From assembly GCA_040954595.2 (NCBI GenBank), contig CM082585.2, forward strand, positions 12,204,341-12,268,340: a stretch of 64,000 nucleotides of DNA, given 5' to 3'. The first letter of the stretch is position 1. Every line of letters begins with the position of its first letter. Below the pieces are notes generated by a model. The model saw only the letters and a program-made list of their open reading frames with translations, did no database searches and was not told where the DNA came from. The translations under genes and the position numbers were made by a program. This document shows positions 46,412 through 58,200 of the stretch, in pieces. The stretch is from Balanoglossus misakiensis (lineage: Eukaryota > Animalia > Hemichordata).

Positions 46412-47286
46412 ATTATATTATGCCAGTATATTGAAACTTTGCATAAAACATTTTAAAAAGGCATTTTCTTTGACTATGATATATGACTGTGGTATATGGC
46501 TAATATATCACGGTCACATGTCGTGTCTCGACCAATCAAATAGCTTGATTTACACCATCAATATACTGGTATAATATAAATTGTGATAATGAACAGCACG
46601 TGAGGGCGCACAACAACTGAAATATTTGACCAATATATTTGCTCAAGAAATTCTTTCGAGCGAAGGTCGGAAAAGTCGGTAATGGCATGGCATGTATGTC
46701 GACTATTATTTGTCTATTTCGGGCATTTCACGGTCATCCATCTTTCCTTGACAGTAAGGCACTTGTGCCTGCCACGCCCCCGCCCCCACCATTCTGTGAA
46801 AGCTACCTAGAAATAAATTAAGTTCTCAACATGAAATAATTGATGTAAACGAATTAAGATCACAGCTGTCCGGCGAACGAGCCAAATAAGGGACTCTGGG
46901 CGTACACTTCTTGGACAAATTGTCAAAACAGTCTGGGATACGGATTTAGATCAGGGAGACGTGCTGGTATTTCGTTCGATGCATCATGTTTATGACGTCA
47001 CGTCGTCATCCACGGCTGGTTTTTGCCAGTTCCAGGGCTGTGTAAATATTGTAAAACTTGTGACGGGCTGTAGTGTTCCTGGCTTTATCTATCAGCATAA
47101 TCTAGTTTGAGAGACAGGTATGTATTTTGTTAAGTTGGCACGTTTAAAAGTTCCAATCACCCCAACTTCGTTAATCATCCACCAGCTAGTATCTAAGCTA
47201 AACCACGATTCTACCATTCTCTCCCTATTAACAGCTTTTCAGGCTTGTTATATTCGCACACATTCTGTTGCAGTCCATTCTATGCC

Positions 47287-48210
47287 ATGGAGTTCATTGA
47301 TGCGCATTTTCATATTTGGGACACTTCAGATTCGGCACGGACCGGTCAGTCCACCGACTTCCTCGGTATCAGTGGCAACGCCATACCTGTCTACACGGTA
47401 GAAAAGTATAGAGAAGATCTGAAAGAAGTCACTGGTATGAAATGTAAGGGCTGCGTCTGGGTCGAGTGTTTGTCAACGATTCCGCTCGCTGAAGCCTCCT
47501 GGGCGTCCGGCGAGTGCTTGAAATTGCTTTCCGGTGCCGTCGGCGACTTTAGGATCGTTGCCAGGTGCGATCTTTCGGATGAGGATGTGAAGAAGCGTTT
47601 GCGGCGACTCAGCACGGTGTCTGATCTGTGCGGAATCCGCCAGATATTAAACCACCACCCGACAGACCCCAAGCAAATTTATCCTATGGTCGAGCGTGAC
47701 AACTACATGCAAGATGAAGACTGGTTGCATGGATATGGTTTACTGGGGGATTTTGGATTGAGCTTTGACCTACAAGTCAATTCTCACCAACTTGAAGAGT
47801 TTGCCGAGGTGGTCAAGAAATATCCGCAGACCAAAGTCGTCATTGACCACCTGGGAATGCTCAACCTCAAGGAGCCCTCTGGCGTTGACACCTGGCGAAA
47901 AGGCATGCAAGCATTGGCTCAATATCCCAACGCATTCGTGAAAATTTCGATGCTTGATTATATCATACCTGGCTGGATCCGAGACAGCGCTTCTCGCCGA
48001 GAGGTGAAAGGTTATGTTCGCGAGGTCATAGACTTGTTTGGCGCTGATAGATGTATGTTTGGTTCAAACTTCCCCGTTGAGAAGGCTTCTGGCTATTCCA
48101 TGGGCGACCTTTATGACGCGTACAAGGAATTTGTCTCCGATCTTGATGATGAGAGTAAACGTCGCCTTTTCGTTGATACTGCAGCCCGGTTTTACAAATT
48201 TGTTGAATAG
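47287..48210 (+). CDS. Amidohydrolase_2 family TIM-barrel hydrolase (COG3618-like sugar lactonase type), intronless CDS
   Basis: 307 aa from ATG 47287 (gccATGG). Motifs IDAHFHIWD, GIRQ, SFDLQV, VIDHLG, VKIS, RCMFGSNFPV, TAARFY. Probable 5' UTR intron 47118-47273. Confidence 0.9.
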   Translation: MEFIDAHFHIWDTSDSARTGQSTDFLGISGNAIPVYTVEKYREDLKEVTGMKCKGCVWVECLSTIPLAEASWASGECLKLLSGAVGDFRIVARCDLSDEDVKKRLRRLSTVSDLCGIRQILNHHPTDPKQIYPMVERDNYMQDEDWLHGYGLLGDFGLSFDLQVNSHQLEEFAEVVKKYPQTKVVIDHLGMLNLKEPSGVDTWRKGMQALAQYPNAFVKISMLDYIIPGWIRDSASRREVKGYVREVIDLFGADRCMFGSNFPVEKASGYSMGDLYDAYKEFVSDLDDESKRRLFVDTAARFYKFVE

Positions 48211-49473
48211 ATCAGCTTCAAAGTGGGGCTTTATCTTCAAGTTTGCTACTTAGCGTTGAATGCCCCCAACTAGATATAGTAGCCCAATAATGCACGCAGC
48301 GAAAAAAGAAACGGCAGAACAATCCCAGAAGGAAGCACCAAGAACTTAGTAACTGTATTTTAATTTATTCGTTGCTTCGAAAAAAAATTCCCATCATGCG
48401 TGAACTTGGAGATCGATGAAGCAAGAGACAGAGCGAGGACAGGTTATGGAATTTCAGTGTTCAAGCCTATTGCAACAAACTACACTGATAGTGTTATAAT
48501 GCGTGATTGGGTTTCGCGGTCATTCGAACTCTGTCCCTGTATTATTGCTATACTAATATTCTTAGAAATTTGAAATATGCGAAGTGGGTAAAAAACTCCA
48601 TTGGGTATTAATTTTGCTGCGGATATTTTTGTGGTTAACCGTTAAGTGTCATTTCGAAGTAACGCGAAAGCTCGTGAAGTCAATTTCTGCATGTGCGATC
48701 AATTTCGGATATGTTATGATAGCTACACTTTTTTTAATGTAAATCATGATCGACGGTCGAGCGAAAGATATCGCCATCCGATTTACACTGGCATAAATTT
48801 ATCCCCAAGAAGAATGCATTCTGGCTCTCATCCGTGATGACCAAAAATGGACCGGCCTTTCCGAGTCAGTGGATGGAAAAACATTTCTGGCCTGTCTCAA
48901 GTTACCGTCCTTCGGCCTTTAGAGACATTGAAGATAAATTCTGTAGTTATGCGGTCATCATAGAGTGCAGTGTACATGTACAACATACCTTGGTGCGTTC
49001 AGTTATGTTTCGAAGAGACGTCCTAGAAATATTGGCCTCTACTATAGCAACGTAGACGCCTATGGTTGATTTAATTTCTATTGCGAAGTTGATTTCGGGC
49101 ACGTCTGTCTTGAATTACATCGACCGTTTACCTTTATAACTTTTTTAAGTTTAAGAAATAAATGTAGGGTGATTAAACGTGACATATTAGTTGTTTATGT
49201 GAACTTTTGAACATGAAACCGAGCTATCTTCAACAGAGAATGTTTAAAACTCAGCGTGACAGTGTATACGAAATTCAGTGCGTTCTACAAACGGGGTCTG
49301 CTGCAGATAGCGTTAAGTCTGGATTCAGACGGGGAAGTCTATCAACCACTTAAAATATATTTGATGACACCAAAGCGTTCTATTTATGTGTGTGTGCATG
49401 CCTCTTCGGCGACAGGGAAAAGATAGCCTGCAACAGACACTGAAATCAGATCAGTTCTGTCTAGGCCTACAGA

Positions 49474-49548
49474 TAGTCTGCAATCTCGACTGGCGTGCTT
49501 TTCGCCGGGCTTTTAAAACACGCCAGTCGGAATATGGATTCCAGACTA
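49474..49548. repeat. Imperfect hairpin upstream of ALG9
   Basis: tagtctgcaatc / gattccagacta outer arms and cgactggcgtg / cacgccagtcg inner arms. Confidence 0.7.
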
Positions 49549-49687
49549 GTCAACTCTACAGAAGCCACGAATCTTTTATGTCAAATCTGACTTTCACCGG
49601 TCGGTTTACCGGTTAGGTCAATAAGGCACGCACTGCTGAAATATGAATACAATGGCCACGTGCTACTGTCAGGTCAAAGGTTACAAA

Positions 49688-52600
49688 ATGGCTGCAAGCA
49701 CACGATCTCGGTCTTCATACCACAGCTCTAAGACAAAACGAAGCATCGTGAATGAAGATGACAGGTTTGTTTGTTTGATGATATCCATTAAATTGATAAG
49801 CGTTTATTTTTTATTTAATTGATACAAATGATTTGATATAAAATCTTCTTAACGTCGCATTTACGCTTCCTTAAATTGTTGTCCTTCGCGCATATTCATT
49901 GGCGCAAGGCCCTGTACTGTTTTCGTCTGCTGCTTACATTTCTGACGTCATGGTAGCGTTCGCCAGAAACGACACAGCTGATAAAAAATAACGAAACTAG
50001 GCTTAACGCATATTTATGCAAAATTCTGCTAAGTGGTACGGAGGAAAACATTTTGCATCATTCGTTTGTCGCGTCTTCTAGTGCAGTACCCCATTTACCA
50101 ATTATGTATTGGTGGCCACTAGGGGGCGCTAATAGGGAATGGGTTTTACATGTATTTACATCAACTGTACAGATCACCACGAGTGATTGACACCAGTCAA
50201 TTGCAATGTTGGACGCCCAAAGCACAGACAGCCTTCAAACTGCTGATATCAGCCAGATTCACAGCAGCTTTACTCAGCAATATATCGGACTGTGATGAAA
50301 CATTCAACTATTGGGAACCGGTGAGTATAAGCTATGCTGTTTGTAAACACAAGCTCTGAGATTATGAGGAGCATGATGAAATTAAAAAACACAGACATAT
50401 ATTTTAACATTTGATGGACAATTTAAATGATGAATATTATTCCATTTTGAGAAAAAGTTAGTTACATTGTATTACAATTTTTTTGCAGACCCATTTTCTT
50501 CAATATGGCGCTGGTTTTCAGACCTGGGAATATTCCCCTGTTTATGCAATCCGTTCATATGCATATGTTATGCTTCATCTGTTGCCGGCAAAACTTCATG
50601 CAAATGTATTCCAAGCAAATAAGGTGAGTCAAGTACATGTATCATTATCAACAAACAAACAACATATCACATACAATATGATTCCAAAATGAAGTTTTAG
50701 TTGTTACCGTAATTGATGTTGCCAGTGTAAAATGAGAGTGTCTGAAAGTATCGGCAAAATAACTGTAATTCCTCAGGAACCTTCATAATCAATTCATTTA
50801 GTCAATTGTGACACATACAGTTAGCTGAAATGTTTTCATACAATTTGTTTTTCCAGATTTTAGTGTTTTACTTTGTACGGTGTATTCTGGGATTTCTATG
50901 CGCCCTTAGTGAGCTCTACTTTTACAAGTAAGTACTTTGTCTCAGAACATGATTGTTTCATATACTCTCAATAATCTCACAAATACCTGGTTTACATGTA
51001 ATTGTCTAAACAGATTAGTGTGCTGTCACAATGCACTAAATGTATTGATCGTTGTTATCTTTCTTTTTATCAGAGGAGTTTGTCGACTGTTTGGTGGAAA
51101 TGTTGGACGTCTAACTTTGTTTTGTCTGGTAATGAGTACTGGTATGTTCATCTCAGCAGCTGGTAAGTGACACAGACAGAGAATGCCAGTACAAACTTGA
51201 CATCATTAAAAAGAATTTGACTTCCCTTTTCTACACCACACAGATACAGGTCTTCAGGTCTGCTAATCCAACACTCGTATATACAAGTTAAATTCCTGAT
51301 TATTTTTGTTTTATTCTTTGTTCAGCATTTCTTCCAAGCAGTTTTTCAATGTACATGACACTGTTAGCAATGGGTGCCTGGTACACAGACAATATTGCGG
51401 TAAGTCATTCAATCAGAAAACGAGAAATCATCTCTACCTATATGACATTATGTGATAACTTCATTTCAACTTCCAACCTCTCAATGTTGCTTAAGTCTTT
51501 TCTGGTTTTATTTTTCAAACTTCTCAGATATCTGTTCTCAGTATTGCCAGCAGTGCAATCCTTGGTTGGCCATTTGCAGGAGCCATTGGGTAAGAAGAAG
51601 TTCTCATATCTCACAACTGTTTTTGGCTGTTTTTCAAATACAGATTCTTGAAAATTCTTAGTCAAACATGTACATTTAATTTCTTATTTTCCATAGAATC
51701 CCAATTGCTGTTGACTTTGTTCTGAGAAGACATGAAATCTGGCAGTTCATCAAATGGTGTGTTATCGCCTTGCTGGTTATACTGGTGAGTAATGTTCCTG
51801 ACTTTCTCACTGTTTTACCATTTCTATCGGCTGTGATCTGACTTGACTGACATATAGGTGTGACGTGTGCCCTCAGGCATCAGAACAGTGAACATATCTC
51901 TTCTTTCTTTATTATTTCTCAGGTGCCTGTTGTCGCGATAGACTCATATTACTACGGCAAGCTTGTCGTAGCACCATTGAACATTGTTCTGTACAATGTA
52001 TTCAGTGAACATGGACCAGATCTTTATGGTAAGAAAATGGGATATCTCAGAATTTATACATTCTCTTGAGGTCGTTGTTGCTTATTTTTATCTCTCACAA
52101 CATATATGTTATTCATGTCTGTTATGACTCAGTCGCATGCACGGATACGGAAACATGCCATGTGAACAGTCAAGATGTTGTTAGAATGTTCTAAAGCATC
52201 CTCATACAACAAGTTATAGTAACATATGACAAAAATCAACGAAACAAGTGACACATCTGCAATATGGCGGCCATATTAGTATATGCTACACTTGATGGCT
52301 AATAATTTGTGTTCTTTCCTTCACAGGAGTTGAACCATGGACCTATTATTTCATCAATGGATTTCTGAACTTCAATGTTGCCTTTGTCTTTGCCTTGGTG
52401 GCTGTCCCAGCAGCTGTTAGTTTGGTTTTTCTTTACTCATCTACTCTCCATTCTCCTTCACTGTTACCTATGGCACAGTGGTACTGTTGAAGTCTTATGA
52501 GATGCAGTTGAAACAAGTGCTTATGCACAGATTATGCACAGTTTCAAACAAATATTTAATGTTGGAACAAATGCGTGTTTCTTTCATTATTTCCTGTTAC

Positions 52601-54391
52601 AGCTGTTTGTCAATCTGATACTATGGCATCGATTCAACAGCGATGAGGTCTCGACAATTCCAGTCTGGTTGAGTCTATCACCCTTGTATATCTGGATTCT
52701 CATCTTCTTCACAAGACCACATAAGGTACAGAATTCTCTGTCATGTACTTCCAACAGGAGTTCAACAGTGTGTCGTGAGATACCTTCAGTTTAGTAGCTG
52801 AGGGCACCCTAAGTCCAATTCACCTACATGTACAATACATGAACATATACTATGTGTACAATACAGTATAGTATAGCACAGTGCAATTTCCATCACATAT
52901 TCTCTACATCACTGACTGTGAATAAACTTTTCCACCTCTCCATGGTTGTATCATTTTCCAGGAGGAGAGGTTTCTGTTCCCGATCTATCCACTTTTTTGC
53001 TTGGCTGCTGCTGTTACCATGGCGTCCATTCAGAAAGTCTATCACCTGATGTTTTTTGGTCAGAAGAACAAACACTACACATCTTCATCAGGTTGGCTTG
53101 CTGTTGCCGTGGGTCTGGTGTTCACTGTCTTGTCATTGTCAAGATCTGTCGCCTTATTCCATGGTAAGTATTAACCCTTTTCACCCCCAGTTCCCTCTTT
53201 AAAGGTCCAACCTTACTATAGAAAATGTTAGATGCCATTGTCTACTGTATCTTATCAAAGGAATTACAGCAATCTTTGACTGCAGTTGGAGCTACATGTA
53301 CATGTATAATGTAACCTGCTATTTCACTGAATGCAAAGTAACAATATCACTTCAGCATTTTGGTTCAAACTTGGTCCTCTAATGTTTCCAAGGTTACCAT
53401 GCACCATTGGATTTGTATCCGGAACTGAACCGATTGGCCGAGGGAGAGACCGGCGTCCATAAACTTCCAGCTGATGCTCAAGTCAACGTTTGTGTCGGAA
53501 AAGAGTGGTACAGGTTTCCGAGCAGTTATTTCCTTCCTAACAACAGGTAATACAAGCTTGTAAACAGACTTTGTAAATGAATTACAAATGACCACAATAA
53601 TTGCAAAAGATTTGTCCCGTTAATACTAAATTCTGAATTTTCTGATGTTTCCTTTCCAGATGGCATCTACAGTTCATTGCGTCAGAATTCCGTGGTCAGC
53701 TTCCGAAACAATACAGCAATCGTCCGGATGCAACTCAACTCATCCCTACTCACATGAATGATCTCAACTTGGAAGAAACATCGAGATATGTAAGTATAAG
53801 AGTGTATACAGCACCCTCTATAAACATGAATATGTAATGCTTGAAATTTCTGAACGGAGTTAGTATTTTTGTCAAACCAAAAGTTATATTTTTTATTTGA
53901 TTGTGTGGTGTTTAATTCTTGATGTTTGTAGGTTGATATCAGTGAATGTCATTATTTAGTGGATGTTGACATGCCGACTGCCACACCACGAGAACCTCAA
54001 TACTCACAACAAGAGAACAATTGGACTTTGGTCAGTAGTGTCGATTTCCTAGATGCATCAAGGTGAGCATTTTCTAAAACACGAAAATGTAGTCAAAATA
54101 TTGAATAGCTGTTCACGTTATATTTATCAAGAATATGAGCTATAGTGTTAATAATTTCTGATCTATCAATAATATGGCAAGACAATACAAGTGATCATCA
54201 AATTTTCTTTTTTTCTGAGAATCTTTTACATAGTTTTTTCCTCTCTTTTTTCCAGATCACACAAATTGTTTCGAGCATTCTACATTCCGTTCCTATCGGA
54301 TCAACACTGCAGTTACATCGGCTACAATCTACTGAAAAATAAAAACCCAAGAATCAAAAAGAAAGATTTAGATGATGATGATGCATGGTGA
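49688..54391 (+). CDS. ALG9: Alpha-1,2-mannosyltransferase ALG9 (GT22)
   Basis: About 16 GT-AG exons from MAASTRSR (49688) to DDDDAW* (54391). Motifs ISDCDETFNYWEP, GFQTWEYSPVYAIRSY, FLPSSFSMY, GWPF, PLNIVLYNV, PHKEERFLFPIYP, CVGKEWYRFPSSYFLP, FRGQLPK, MNDLNLEE. Confidence 0.96.
50113..50131 (+). promoter_or_regulatory. CTCF consensus-like site in ALG9 intron 1
   Basis: TGGCCACTAGGGGGCGCTA closely matches the CTCF core consensus TGGCCACCAGGGGGCGCTA. Confidence 0.6.
53171..53221. mobile_element. Partial copy of the TTAA/CCCTTTCACC element in an ALG9 intron
   Basis: ttaacccttttcacccccagttccctctttaaaggtccaa; matches 1879-1916 in reverse complement. Confidence 0.7.
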
Positions 54392-55199
54392 CTGTGATGA
54401 GAATGGTCTTTGCCAAATGAAAATTTGTTACCATGGTAGCAGTGGCTGAAAGGTTATCAGGGACATTGTTACCAAATTTAGCTTATTGCCATATATGGCA
54501 ATATGATAATTTGTTACTGTGGCTGTAGTATGAACGCTGGTAGTTGATTGGTTGTTGGTGTAGCAAAGTAATAAAATCATGAATGTACCAATAATATGAG
54601 CTAATGGTGTAAAATTTGACTTCTGGTACCCGTCATGTATTATACATACATGTATACTACTCAAAAATGTGTAGAGAATCTTTTTTGTTTTTGAGTTGGC
54701 AACTTTAACATCAGCCAGTATTCAAATTATGACACTTGTAACTTTCTGTGTATCAGTTTTGAGGATTTTGTAACTGATCGAAATTTAAAATAAAAAATGT
54801 TTTTTTTTGTGTGTGTGCACATGACTTCTACTTATTTCCCGGAAAGAAAATGTCTGTCAATTGATTTTAATTAACTGTTGAGTTTTAATCCCAACTTCTT
54901 TGAGCTGTAACCTTTGACCCACGATTTTAGACATTCCCTGCCTTTCAGCATATTCGGCAGTGACACAACAGGTGCAACACTTGTAATATGCAAATTCATT
55001 TGACCTCTGAATGAAACTCACCGTGTCAGTTGAAGACGGGGCCGTCGAGCAGATGACTGGAAGCATTTTCTTGGCCAAAGTAAGTAAAAACACTCATTGC
55101 CGTCGATAATTCTCTGGCCAATTGTTCAGTTGAATTGCAGTATCGAAATATGTATATTGGTTTTGTTACATTTTACACTGTACTCATGAAATGGGTAAG

Positions 55200-55241
55200 G
55201 TATCGTCACGGTCACTCTGTGTGGAGTGACCGTGGTATCGT
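55200..55241. mobile_element. 28-bp hairpin flanked by a 7-bp direct repeat (possible transposon footprint)
   Basis: GTATCGT-CACGGTCACTC-tgtgtg-GAGTGACCGTG-GTATCGT. Confidence 0.6.
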
Positions 55242-58200
55242 GCGTGTAGTCCTACTCAATACGTGCAGCTTTCACGTTGAGTAGCCAAACATCAAGTGGT
55301 CACAGTCATTTGACCATTTCGTAGAATTTATCAAACCCAATTTCTATCCCATTGTCCGGCGACAACATTCTGAGAGATGGGATTAAAGGTTTACATCGGG
55401 TATATTGTGTTCCCTGAAACCTCGCTTCCCTCTTTTAGAACTTTGCTGATTGTTGAATCTGGGTGCATTGTTTAACATCGGCACCTGGGTATTTTGAGAT
55501 TGGAAACTGTTCCACAATCTACATAATAATCGAGATATAATCGGGGTGCATTTATCTGGACTTTATAGGCAACCTTGTCAATTCAACTGCCTTCCAGTCG
55601 TAATATATTCTCAAGTGGTTAAAACAGTCTCTCGTGAGGCAGTCTCGCTCAACAGTTGTTAAAAATTAAGCAGCGCCATCAGCCCAGTAGCAAAACGATG
55701 CCAAAGGATACAAGGTTATGAAAAGGCAGTTTTATCATCCACAGTGAAAGAATTTTCACGTAATATGTTCAATCTCAAACGCAGCATATCTGCCTACACA
55801 GTAAAATCAGTGATACTAATATGCAATTAACCAAACTTGTTTTATAAATCATGATTAATCATTGCAACTTTGCCACTTGTTGTGACGTCATGGGCATGCC
55901 GGTAAGTCGAAAGCAACGATTTTAAACGAAATCCTCTACTGCATGTTCGAATGTAAAAAAGGTAATCCCCTCATCGCATTCCGGATACAAGAGATATCAC
56001 GGGGCTTAGTGAATACGCCGGTGTTACGAACCTATTGTTCCGTTTGTCAATTGCAAGGTGTGAGATCCAAAACATCAAAATAAAATCTGTAGGGAGAGGT
56101 TGGAAAACAAAACAGAAATCGATAAATGACTAATTTAGATTCAGCTTTTGAAGTAATGATATATCATGGGATTACAAAGAGTTTCAAAAGAGGTTGGATC
56201 AAACAAAAGAATTTCGAAGATTACCAACTACTAAATATGCGTATTTGAACTTTTTTCGTCATGGAAATGCAGTATGTTGTCAAACAAGGCTCGCCGAAGC
56301 TATGAGGGGACTTTTGCATGGTGTCTCCCACCCCAGACAATTTGTTTTAAATAATTGAGAGTCCCTGAACACGGGGTTGTTGCAAAATCGAAAATAAACG
56401 ATTATCTTTGCATTTGTCTAAGTTTTCTAGTTGAAGTGCGCTGACGTGGTGATAATAAGATGAACGGCGTCATAATACGTACACCGGTCAAAGGAAAAGA
56501 GTTTGAAATCGTTGTTTCGGATGACCTTGAATCAGTCATGCGCAATGACAAAAAATCTATATTTCTGCTCTTCTGGGTCCTTTTCTTCGGGTCTAAATTT
56601 GCTGAAATGGAAAAGATGCCGCGCCGGAGGTATGTTCTAAATGCGGACAATTGCGTCGTCGGCTTGTTGAAAAGAAGCTATAAATTCGGATCAATAGCGC
56701 GACTCACAATCCGATTAGAAAGCATTTTAAACTCTCCTACTAGTCGCTGTCACCAAGGAATCGGAATTTCGCCACCAAATACCCGGATGTGCTTTCAGTG
56801 GAAAAGAGACTACGTCATTTTCAAGTCACCTGTTTTCTTGTTTACCAGTTCTCTCCACTGAATCCTTTTTGTGTTGATTTGTTTTCGTGTCCGTGTCTCT
56901 TCAGGCGAATTTAGTGTCTTGTTGTATAATTTCCTAGGCCTTCTTTCTGCTACGGAGCGCAATTTTTAACAAGGTGACATTTCCTTACATATCAGAGCCA
57001 CTTCTACCAAGTCAATTTCAGGAGCTGTGCTTTGTGTGATAAGTGTTTGGGTCATGGCATTCTATGAAAGAAGCATTCGAAGTACGAACCTGGTTGTGTT
57101 TTATGGTTAACTTGAACCGGTAGTCACGGGTAGACTTAAAAAGAACATTTGTTTATCGAGGTTACATTCTGTGGCAAAATGAACCAATGAGTACTAGAAT
57201 CAATCAAAAGGGCCAATTTTCAGAGGAGTGGTATCTTTGTACGAATCGGCAGGAAGTCTTAGAAAGAATGGTTTGTATTTTGGGTTTTGCGTGAAAGGAA
57301 AAGAGCGTTTTTGCAGGTGTCGTGGCGCGCTTTCACACAAACTTAACACGCTCGTAAACAGTCATTGAAAACAGTGAACAAAGTTAGTAGGTAAGTTTCA
57401 ATGCCATAAAGTGTCATAAAGGGACCTGGATATTCTCTGTTCAACATTCTTCAGCCCTTCGTGTCATTGTGCGGGATTCCCATTCAACGAAAGAGAGACA
57501 GCTTTTCCACCGAGACTTACGCAAGCCGCTTTAGAGATTTCTGCCTGCCCACAATGCACTTGTGGGCGCACGAAGAATCGGCTCATTTGTTTATTAATAA
57601 TGACTTTGTCCGTCAGACAATGTAACTTGTTTGTGTGGAGATCCTTTGTGAGGGCTAACACGCCATTTATGTTGAGAAAAACCGCGTCAATCAATTGGCT
57701 TAGTGAGACAGGACTCTTGATCTAATAGAAGGCTTTCACCGTCTCTGCATGGAATTTATTGATTCAGCTTTGCCTTCCGAAGATGTGTTTTTCACAGTAA
57801 ACCGTCCTGAAGACCCCGCCAAACACAGACTGACCTCCGCACTTTTCTTTTTTTTCTTTCTCTCTCTCCTCAACACAAAGTACGCCTGCGCAAGCTCATT
57901 TGCTGCGCCGTTACTATTCATTCGTTAATTCCCCCACAAATCTGACCAATCATTGGATCAGCTTTCGTAATCAGCCTCAGTTGATCGTCAGTAGAGTATA
58001 AACATTTTAATGCTCTTTGCTCTTCACAGAACAGAACATCTCAGATACTTTACATCCGATGATAAAAAACTTTTTATAACTTTCAATAAATAGACTTAAA
58101 TTTGGCAAAAAACATCGCGATGTTTTGATGACGTAACATCGATAAGCAAATTAGTGTTTGCATCCATGCCGTTGTAATGGTTCACAAATGGCTTACATGT

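Noticed and set aside
46193-46574. Two ORFs on opposite strands both starting MVYHSILTSS
   Set aside because: Artefact of the palindrome at 46269-46411; no protein features.
47245-48210. Bacterial contamination or operon around the amidohydrolase
   Set aside because: Flanked contiguously by spliced animal genes, with no neighbouring bacterial ORFs and with a eukaryotic Kozak context and splice signals.
56460-56861. 133-aa ORF and other short ORFs in 54.8-64 kb
   Set aside because: No recognisable domain, no consistent exon chain, and composition typical of non-coding DNA.
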